A stretch of 20,000 nt of DNA from an uncultured virus (IMG/VR IMGVR_UViG_3300044612_002367) (taxonomy: Duplodnaviria > Heunggongvirae > Uroviricota > Caudoviricetes): the IMG/VR virus record IMGVR_UViG_3300044612_002367; one strand, 5' to 3'. This document shows positions 8,374 to 20,000 of this stretch, piece after piece. A model generated the notes under the pieces. The model was not told the origin of the DNA. It did not search any database and saw only the letters and a program-made list of their open reading frames with translations. Made by a program: the position numbers and the translations under genes. Within the stretch, counting starts at the first letter, position 1. Every line of letters starts with the position of its first letter.

Positions 8374-10026
8374 ATGACTTATGATCCAAATGCTAAAGTA
8401 TTTTATGGAAGCGGACGACTAGTTCCTGCCCCACAAGTAAATTTTAGTACAGAATTTGTTTATGCTAATGATACTATAGCAGGGTACTCCTATATTGTTA
8501 CGTTAAGCGGCAATGCAACAGCTATAGACTTAAGCTCAGGAGGAACTAATGATTATGGATTAGAAACAATATCTAAAAGAATAGAAGGTATTAGAAATAC
8601 ATTTAGTAGTAATGGTCAAAGTTTATTTGTAAAAGATAAAAATGATGCTAACATTATGGAGTGTAGGGGTGGTATAGTTCGCTCTATTAGTTTTGACGAA
8701 TCAGCTAATAATTGGGTCAACTATGCTCCTTATAAAATAGAAATTGAATTTAGCGAAATATTGATTAATGGATGTTCTATTAGTAGTACTTTATCTTGTA
8801 GTGATCTATCCATAGACTCTAATGGAACAGCTCCTAATCTTATAGATATTAGTAAATACAAGATTAGAACATTTAGCGATAGTTGGACATTTGATCTTTC
8901 TAATGAGTCATATAATAATTATGATATTTTTCAAAATCAATATATAGACATACAATATACAGTATCAGCTACTGGAAAACACTACTATAATGATAGCAAT
9001 AAAGTTTTACCAGCATGGGAACAGGCTAAAAATTTTGTACAAGACAGATTAAATGATCAGGTCAAGGGTTTGATAGGGTCTATCTTAAATAGATCCAATG
9101 GCAGCGACGGCTGTAGTCCCTCCAAAACGCTACAACAGCTTCACGCTGTAGCAGCTCCTGGTGGTTTAGATGGGATTAGCAGTTCTAATCATAAAATATA
9201 TAATGAAACAGTTACCTGTGAAAGTAGTGAGGCTGAAGGTTCCTTTAGTGCTACCTATAAATCAATATTAAAATTCAATAACACGAATAATCTAACCAAT
9301 GACTGTATTCATACTTTTAACAAAACCAAAAATACCCAAAAGACAGGCGGTAAAACCTCAGTATCCATATCTGTACAAGGAAATATTCAAGGATTAATGC
9401 CTGGTGGTTTAATTAATAGTCCAGATACTATTAAATTACCAGATAAAGGTAAATTATTTATTAAAGAAAATAGTACTACTACTAAATACAGCAAAGCTTT
9501 ATCTGCATATAATAACACTTGTACTAGTAGTAGCGACATATCAGACACTATGAAAGGCACTCTAGGGGTATCTATGGCAGAGTTGCTAGTGGCGGGATGC
9601 TCAGGTACTCCAAAGCCAGCATCTTTTACTGCTGCTCATCAATATACAGAAGGATCCATAAACTATTCTGCTGAATATAATAGCGACAGAGCTTGCATGG
9701 GAGATAGATCTTATAGAAATATTAGTATTTCTGTAGAAGATAGTACTCCAATAGTAGCAGAATTTGTAGTTCCTGGCAGAGCCAATGGTCCAATTATACA
9801 AAGGATAGGGCCGAATACGCCAAAAAAAGTTAACGTAACCATAGAAGGTGTCTCTCCTCCTGGCTGTTGTCCAAATATTGGGGATATTTGTATTAATGGA
9901 GTATCTTTGCCTGCTGATGTTGCTAATGCTGAAATTTCTGGTTTGAAATTAATACAAAATCAAGAGACGATAAACTCAATAGATGGATCATATAATATTA
10001 GTAGATCTTATATAGATATTAGTTAA
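8374..10026 (+). CDS. Putative tail/baseplate structural protein, paralog A (550 aa)
   Basis: AAGGA RBS at 8361-8365 overlaps the previous stop. The protein is beta-strand-rich (Ser/Thr/Asn/Ile/Tyr), lies immediately downstream of the tape-measure-like gene, and is colinearly similar to 10042..11757. Confidence 0.65.
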   Translation: MTYDPNAKVFYGSGRLVPAPQVNFSTEFVYANDTIAGYSYIVTLSGNATAIDLSSGGTNDYGLETISKRIEGIRNTFSSNGQSLFVKDKNDANIMECRGGIVRSISFDESANNWVNYAPYKIEIEFSEILINGCSISSTLSCSDLSIDSNGTAPNLIDISKYKIRTFSDSWTFDLSNESYNNYDIFQNQYIDIQYTVSATGKHYYNDSNKVLPAWEQAKNFVQDRLNDQVKGLIGSILNRSNGSDGCSPSKTLQQLHAVAAPGGLDGISSSNHKIYNETVTCESSEAEGSFSATYKSILKFNNTNNLTNDCIHTFNKTKNTQKTGGKTSVSISVQGNIQGLMPGGLINSPDTIKLPDKGKLFIKENSTTTKYSKALSAYNNTCTSSSDISDTMKGTLGVSMAELLVAGCSGTPKPASFTAAHQYTEGSINYSAEYNSDRACMGDRSYRNISISVEDSTPIVAEFVVPGRANGPIIQRIGPNTPKKVNVTIEGVSPPGCCPNIGDICINGVSLPADVANAEISGLKLIQNQETINSIDGSYNISRSYIDIS

Positions 10027-10041
10027 ATTGAGGAAAATATT

Positions 10042-11757
10042 ATGACTCAAATATATTATGGACCAAATAATAGTCAAACATCAACATATAGGTTATCACC
10101 AGCCCCACAAGTTAGTATCCGCACAGAACCTACATATAGTGGCGATGTAATTGTCGGATATACTCACACAGTATCCCTAAGAGGATATGCATCTGCTTAT
10201 AGAAAACTCAACAACTCAGAGCCTTCTTACTCTATAACCAGCATAGGCTTAGTAACAGACAGCATAGCTATTGTAAAAAAAATATTAAGCTACAACGGTG
10301 GTATATTATCTGTGAAAGAAGATGATGGTACTGAAATAATGAGATGTGTAGGAGGAACAATTAGATCATTATCATTTAATGAGTCTCCGAATAACTGGAT
10401 TGGCTATGCTGAATATAGTGCGGAAATAGAGTTTAATGAAATTGAGCTAATAAATGGTACATCATTAAATTCTATATCATGCTCCGGATCATATATTAAT
10501 TCTAATAGCTTATCTAGTTCTGTGGTCGATATCACTAAACATAAAATTAAAAGTTTTACTGATAATTGGTCTATTAGTATTGATGAATCTATTTATAGTA
10601 GAATTTTACAAACTGATTTTCAAGATATGGAAACAGATAATTCGTCGATGTCAATATCATATACTATATCTGCTACTGGTAAAAATTACTATAAAAATAA
10701 TCAATTAATTCCAGCATGGGAACAAGCAAAAAACTTTGTTCAAGATAAATTATTTAGTAAAGTTAGTGGCCTATTAACCTCAGCCATAGGCTTAACCGCA
10801 GACACAGCATGTGCTGCCTCATCATCATTAAGCTCAGTAGGATCGTCCTCAAACGGCGCTTTATCTAATCTTGATTCTCTATACGGAATATATAATGAGA
10901 CCCTCTCTTGTACAACTTCAGAAACAGATGGAACATTTTCTGTAACTTATAATGGTTTAATTAAAAGAAACAACACCTCCCCCACCAATCATCCTGCTAG
11001 TAGGCATACATTTAGTAAAACGATTAATACTCAAGATACAAATAAAAAAATAACCACAATTAATATACAGGGTACAATAGAGGGTCTTGTCAGTGGTGGT
11101 GTGGTTACTGCTATTGGTAGTGGTTTTCAATTGCCTAATAATGGATCTATACTAACGAGCAGCAATACTGTAACAAAATACAGCAATGCATTAACAGCAT
11201 TAAATAAATTAATAGATCAATCCGACCTAAAGAGTACAGTAAAGAGTAAATTAGGTATTACTATTGCTAGTTTAGGTTTAACTCAGTCATTAGCTCAATG
11301 CAGTGGTTTAGGCGATAGTGCTATTATACCATCTTCTTTTAGCTTGACTCATAACTATCACGAAGGTATTATAAACTATAATATAGAATATTCTAGTGAT
11401 ATTATATGCGGACAGGTAGGTTCTTTTTCCAATATAACACTATCAGTAGAAAATCCTACACCAATATTGGCTGAATTACCTATACCTCATACTGGTGTAT
11501 TATTAATACAGGACATGGAGACACAGACTGCAAAAAGAGTCTCCATTACTATTGAAGGAGGAGGAAATAGACAATGTTGTTTAGTTTCATCAGGATTATC
11601 ATCGATAATATCAGGGGCTACTTTTACTATTCCTTCTGGGGTTAGTCTACCAAATATGTCAAATTATATTTTAACTCAAAAACAACGCACAGATAATATT
11701 ATTGATGGATCATATACTATTAATCTTAGTTATATTTGTTCAGTAGGATGTTCATAA
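10042..11757 (+). CDS. Putative tail/baseplate structural protein, paralog B (571 aa)
   Basis: GAGG RBS at ~10030-10033. Shares RLxPAPQV, MxCxGGxxRSxSFxESxNNWxxYAxY, YTxSATGKxYY, PAWEQAKNFVQD and IDGSYxIxxSY with paralog A. Confidence 0.65.
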   Translation: MTQIYYGPNNSQTSTYRLSPAPQVSIRTEPTYSGDVIVGYTHTVSLRGYASAYRKLNNSEPSYSITSIGLVTDSIAIVKKILSYNGGILSVKEDDGTEIMRCVGGTIRSLSFNESPNNWIGYAEYSAEIEFNEIELINGTSLNSISCSGSYINSNSLSSSVVDITKHKIKSFTDNWSISIDESIYSRILQTDFQDMETDNSSMSISYTISATGKNYYKNNQLIPAWEQAKNFVQDKLFSKVSGLLTSAIGLTADTACAASSSLSSVGSSSNGALSNLDSLYGIYNETLSCTTSETDGTFSVTYNGLIKRNNTSPTNHPASRHTFSKTINTQDTNKKITTINIQGTIEGLVSGGVVTAIGSGFQLPNNGSILTSSNTVTKYSNALTALNKLIDQSDLKSTVKSKLGITIASLGLTQSLAQCSGLGDSAIIPSSFSLTHNYHEGIINYNIEYSSDIICGQVGSFSNITLSVENPTPILAELPIPHTGVLLIQDMETQTAKRVSITIEGGGNRQCCLVSSGLSSIISGATFTIPSGVSLPNMSNYILTQKQRTDNIIDGSYTINLSYICSVGCS

Positions 11758-11767
11758 GGACTAAAAT

Positions 11768-16348
<4,581 letters not shown>

Positions 16349-16401
16349 AAAAATTCTTTCTAAGAAAAAATATAGACCAATTAAAGGAACTATATATTAA
16401 T

Positions 16402-18000
16402 TTAGCATGTCGGGGCATCTGGTGGCGGATCTGGTATGAATGTACCCGCTACACCGCCGTCATTATAAGCACAGCCAGCAAATGTTGCGGTTCCAGTAAC
16501 ACCACCACGATTAATAGAATCGGCAGTAAATGAGGCGTTACCACCAACACTACCCATAGTTGTATTTTCTGAATCACCATTAAATGTAGCATTACCAATA
16601 ACCTGACCTATTTCGGGGCTAACACCGCCATCCCCTCCTGGTGCGCCATTTGTTAATGTACCATTTGTAGAATTACCATTAAATATAGCATTTTGGCACG
16701 TTCCCGGTCCAAATGGACCGCCATTGGTTGTATTCCCACCAAAGGTAGCAGTTCCTTCTACCATGCCGCAGTTGACAGCTAGATTATCAAAGGTTGCGTC
16801 TCCTTCAACTTTACCTGGTGATGAATTATCAGCATTATCTTCGAAAGTCCCATCTCCTTCCACCGTTCCAATATTAGATCCACTTAGCTTGAATGAGCCA
16901 TTACCTTTGACCAGGCCGAAGTTTTGTGGCGGATCATTGCCACCGTCACCGGTGCCGCTGAATAGGCCATTGCCGACTACTTCTCCGCTATTATCGGCCG
17001 AATTATAGAAGCTTCCATTTCCACCAACCACACCAGTTGATTTATTTTGTGAGTTACCATAGAAACTAGCATTTCCTGTAATATTACCATGATTTTCGGC
17101 TGTGTCATCAAATCTAGCATTTCCGGTGACAACACCTTCGATTTCATTTTTTGCATCTCCACTAAATTTAACCAAGGCTGCTATAATCTCCCCTTTATTC
17201 TTACCGCCATTATAAACTTCTGCTGGGCCATTAACTGTTATTTGTCCGAAAATACCCTCACATATAGAGTTTCGGTCAATTGTTCCGTGGCATCGTAATT
17301 CAGCAGCAGATAATGGTACATTTATATGTACACCAGCTTGAACTGTAAGAATCCCAACCGCTGTACTAAAATTTGGTGGTATAGACGTAACATCAGCTGC
17401 TATAGTTACATCTCCTGTGGGTAATGCGCTAGCAGGAGATGCTCCGTTGGCATCTTCCCAGTTTGCCAAGTTTGTCCATTCCCCATCTACCGTACCAACA
17501 AATTTAGCAGCCATTCCAGAATTTAAACCACCATCTCCTGATGATATACCTAGATATGGACAAGGGTCGCATTCTTCTACCCCAGCTTCTACTGCTTGAG
17601 GATTCTTACACTTACACTCTGATGGAGGTTCCCATGAGCCACTAAAAGTATGAGAAGGATATCTGTTCTCATTACATAATTCTACAGCAACGCTAAAAGT
17701 TTCTATTGTTTCCCAATCATTACCACAATCTTTTACTTTCAATTCCATTTCAATATTTGTTGCATAATAAAAAATGGGTACCCAAGGATCTGGAACATCC
17801 ATAAGAGTAGGAACATCATTTACTACCGCAATCAGACCTTCGGCATAAATATTCTGACCACTCTCCAATTTCCATTCTGTAGGTACCCGGCATGGCGCGT
17901 CACTATCACAACAACAAGTGGGATCTCCAACTAATAAATTACCTTCTGGAGTAATAATAAGTTGACCATTTCTTAGAACAAAAGTAGGGTTACCGCTCAT
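16402..18000 (-). CDS. Cys-rich N-terminus + beta-helix/solenoid repeat protein (532 aa); possible fibre/adhesin
   Basis: N-terminal TCCCD...C motif (CCC at 17908-17916), then a GEWTNLANW motif (W..W at 17458-17478). About 14 repeats of G-x-V-x-G-[ND]-[AG]-x-F-x5-N (16-18 aa) follow at ~16430-17250. The ATG is 2 nt after the stop of the upstream gene. Confidence 0.6.
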   Translation of the reverse strand: MSGNPTFVLRNGQLIITPEGNLLVGDPTCCCDSDAPCRVPTEWKLESGQNIYAEGLIAVVNDVPTLMDVPDPWVPIFYYATNIEMELKVKDCGNDWETIETFSVAVELCNENRYPSHTFSGSWEPPSECKCKNPQAVEAGVEECDPCPYLGISSGDGGLNSGMAAKFVGTVDGEWTNLANWEDANGASPASALPTGDVTIAADVTSIPPNFSTAVGILTVQAGVHINVPLSAAELRCHGTIDRNSICEGIFGQITVNGPAEVYNGGKNKGEIIAALVKFSGDAKNEIEGVVTGNARFDDTAENHGNITGNASFYGNSQNKSTGVVGGNGSFYNSADNSGEVVGNGLFSGTGDGGNDPPQNFGLVKGNGSFKLSGSNIGTVEGDGTFEDNADNSSPGKVEGDATFDNLAVNCGMVEGTATFGGNTTNGGPFGPGTCQNAIFNGNSTNGTLTNGAPGGDGGVSPEIGQVIGNATFNGDSENTTMGSVGGNASFTADSINRGGVTGTATFAGCAYNDGGVAGTFIPDPPPDAPTC

Positions 18001-18002
18001 TA

Positions 18003-18323
18003 TTATTTCTCTTTAGAGTATTTATGCCATCCCTTATTTGGTAAATAAGTTCCACTATCATCTTTTCTTTTTGGGAAAAGTGTTCCGCCCTTTTTGTGTT
18101 GTCCAAAACTTAATATACCACTACATTCATTACACCTTAATTCATAAAAATCATTGCCCTCTACATTGCGTACAACAAACTTGATGCTATTTTTAGAACA
18201 AAGACCACACTTTTCTTCTCCAAATATTTCCTGCACAGAGGCTAGTTCCTTAAAGATTTCTTTTTGTCCATCTCCTTCTATAGTGAATTCTAGTTTATCA
18301 CTAATTTTATATTTGGCCAACAT
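18003..18323 (-). CDS. Small zinc-ribbon protein (106 aa)
   Basis: CGLC ... CNEC pair. AAGGAG RBS at 18331-18336 (minus strand) overlaps the upstream stop. Confidence 0.7.
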   Translation of the reverse strand: MLAKYKISDKLEFTIEGDGQKEIFKELASVQEIFGEEKCGLCSKNSIKFVVRNVEGNDFYELRCNECSGILSFGQHKKGGTLFPKRKDDSGTYLPNKGWHKYSKEK

Positions 18324-18334
18324 ACTGTTTCTCC

Positions 18335-19051
18335 TTATTTCCAGTTAGAATCATATCCTTTTATAGTATCAGATATAGAATCTATATTAGTTTGAAAAGA
18401 TGACAACTCTCTAATTAATTTTACACCATTTTCGTGGGAAATATCATATACATTCTGCTTTTCTATACTCAATAGATCACATAATCTTAACACATTAATA
18501 TCCAACCTTTTGCTTAAAACATCTATAAAATTAATCTGATTATGGCTAATTTTAGATACATTATGACTATCAGGATGATCTTCAATATCTTTAGCTAATT
18601 CTTCGGCAGCTACAACTTTGCGTAATTTTAATGCTCTTCTTAAAGCTCTACCCTCTGCCCTTGTATCTGCTACAGCAACAGCATGATTGCGAAATATCTT
18701 GTCACAGTTGCCCCAATAAACGTCAGCGGCACCTGATACGGTCCTACATTTAGATTCTTCGGGCGTATGATCGTTCTTCAAAATATAAGATATGGTGTGA
18801 ACCACGGTAGCTCTTTTTTCATTCTCAGGACTTGGACTTTGTACCACAGCGCTTGAAGATTCTATCATATCACAATTTAGTGCTATTTCAAAAATTCTTC
18901 TTAATCCGTCTGTTGTAGGATTACCTACTATTTTTTCATCATCGGATAATAAACTTAAAACATAGTCAGTCCATTCGATATCATTAGGTGATACGTTTTT
19001 AATTTCTGGAGCTTCAGTAGTTGTGTTGTCATCCTTTTTTACTCTTGCCAT
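18335..19051 (-). CDS. Rad52/Sak-like single-strand DNA annealing protein (238 aa)
   Basis: RATVVHTISY...VSGAADV...HAVAVADTRAEGRALRRALKL...AEEL matches the beta-beta-beta-alpha end of Rad52-like phage SSAPs (A-x-T-x-A-x-x-R-A helix). A C-terminal small helical domain starts KISHNQINFI. AGGAG RBS lies within the end of the upstream gene. Confidence 0.6.
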   Translation of the reverse strand: MARVKKDDNTTTEAPEIKNVSPNDIEWTDYVLSLLSDDEKIVGNPTTDGLRRIFEIALNCDMIESSSAVVQSPSPENEKRATVVHTISYILKNDHTPEESKCRTVSGAADVYWGNCDKIFRNHAVAVADTRAEGRALRRALKLRKVVAAEELAKDIEDHPDSHNVSKISHNQINFIDVLSKRLDINVLRLCDLLSIEKQNVYDISHENGVKLIRELSSFQTNIDSISDTIKGYDSNWK

Positions 19052-19052
19052 T

Positions 19053-19847
19053 TTATTCTCCTAGTATTATATATCTATCATCTTTTTCTGGAAATTTATT
19101 TTCTATATTTTTTATATACTTATTTAATTCATCATACAATATAGATGCTCTAGCTTTTGAAAATTCCTTGGTTTGTTTTATTCTAATCAAAACCAATCCT
19201 TTGCCAAGAATGAGTCCTGTTTTTTTATTATCATATTGTTTATTTTTATTAAGTGTGTCTTCTCCCCACACCGGCAAAAAGTGAGATGGACCATCAACTT
19301 CTATAGCTATATTAAGATTTGGCAAAAATAGATCTATTTGTAATTTGGTATTTAGCAGACTCTGTTCTTTGTGAAAGTCTACCTTATAGCCACTAGATAG
19401 TAGTTGTTCTAGTATAAATTTTTCTAGTTTGGAACCGTCTTTACTAGCGGCCCTAACAGCTTTATTAGCTCGTTGTTGAATGTATTTTCTTTCGTCGTCT
19501 GATAAATTTTCCCAATTTAGCTTTGCTTTATTCTTAATTTTTTCCAATTCTTTTGGACTCATATTATCCCAAAAATTTACCATGCTAGCTCCTATTTTAC
19601 TTTTTGTAGCAGCATCTCTGCTTTTTCCTTTTGTGGGATGCTTGTGCTTGCCTGTCTGTAGTGCATTTTTTTGAGCTTCACTCTTATCTCTAATTGGTAT
19701 TTTAAACTTTTGAGCGTCTCGCCTGATTTTATTTGCATAAGTACCCAAACTAATTGCAATATCTTGAAAGCTTTTATTTTCTATAGAATACAGTTTACTA
19801 ATAAGGTTCTGTTTTTCTTTATCTGATAACTTAATATAGTTAATCAT
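19053..19847 (-). CDS. Free-standing homing-type endonuclease: HTH + NUMOD3-like + Vsr/DUF559-like PD-(D/E)xK domain (264 aa)
   Basis: N-terminal HTH-like segment LYSIENKSFQDIAISLGTYANKIRR and NUMOD3-like HPTKGKSRDAATKSKIGAS. C-terminal SKLE...IDLFLPNLNIAIEVDGPSHF...DNKK...GLVLIRI. AAGGA RBS upstream. Confidence 0.75.
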   Translation of the reverse strand: MINYIKLSDKEKQNLISKLYSIENKSFQDIAISLGTYANKIRRDAQKFKIPIRDKSEAQKNALQTGKHKHPTKGKSRDAATKSKIGASMVNFWDNMSPKELEKIKNKAKLNWENLSDDERKYIQQRANKAVRAASKDGSKLEKFILEQLLSSGYKVDFHKEQSLLNTKLQIDLFLPNLNIAIEVDGPSHFLPVWGEDTLNKNKQYDNKKTGLILGKGLVLIRIKQTKEFSKARASILYDELNKYIKNIENKFPEKDDRYIILGE

Positions 19848-19858
19848 TGTAGTTATCC

Positions 19859-19999
19859 TTATACGTGTAGGGGTTCTATTTTACCATTATTTTCGATAAT
19901 ACTATTTACAATTTCAAATAAAAACATATTGTATGTTTTTTTGTCTTTAAGTAATTGCGTTAGTATTTTTATTTCTTCTTCTTTTAGAAGATATATATT
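19859..19999 (-). CDS. 3' end of a truncated CDS (hypothetical protein)
   Basis: An open minus frame runs from the window edge (NIYLLKEEEIKILTQLLKDKKTYNMFLFEIVNSIIENNGKIEPLHV) to TAA at 19859-19861. That stop overlaps the AAGGA RBS of the next gene, the same coupling used throughout the window. It is not in the ORF track. Confidence 0.7.
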   Translation of the reverse strand, partial: NIYLLKEEEIKILTQLLKDKKTYNMFLFEIVNSIIENNGKIEPLHV

Positions 20000-20000
20000 A

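Noticed and set aside
8374..11757. Paralog pair or GACC repeats as a diversity-generating retroelement TR/VR pair or an invertible shufflon
   Set aside because: Differences are not confined to adenines and DNA identity is only patchy. No reverse transcriptase, invertase or flanking inverted repeats were seen in the window.
16349..16401. Bidirectional intrinsic terminator between the convergent operons
   Set aside because: Only weak AT-rich pairings are present (TTTC-TAA-GAAA; ATATAG...CTATAT), with no GC-rich stem. A terminator is plausible by position but not supportable.
16724..19674. Short ORFs overlapping the minus-strand genes (16724-17008, 16977-17162, 17089-17298, 17417-17599, 18154-18348, 19021-19284, 19480-19674)
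   Set aside because: They overlap better-supported genes that have RBSs and motifs, almost entirely.
19859..19999. Assigning the truncated last ORF as a nucleotidyl- or glycosyltransferase
   Set aside because: Only 46 residues are visible and the resemblance is too vague.

Overview
This AT-rich, densely coding window looks like part of a large tailed-phage (Caudoviricetes) genome, arranged as two convergent operons. The + strand (<2..16348) is a virion tail module. It starts with a giant tape-measure-like protein that is 5'-truncated and at least 2786 aa long. This protein carries FAxGG/'GTSDSI..GxF' motifs and an embedded GNAT-like domain and HExxH zincin-like metallopeptidase domain. Two tandem Cys-rich paralogous tail proteins follow, then a 1526-aa hub/tail-tip-like protein with microsatellite-encoded Thr/Gly linkers and two 6-Cys 'GACC' modules. 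The - strand (16402..>19999), in transcription order, holds a truncated ORF, an HTH/NUMOD3-like + Vsr/DUF559-type endonuclease, a Rad52/Sak-like ssDNA-annealing protein, a CxxC-CxxC zinc-ribbon protein and a Cys-rich beta-helix repeat protein. I saw no rRNA, tRNA, CRISPR array, transposase or reverse transcriptase. All functional calls come from motif recognition by eye; no database search was run.
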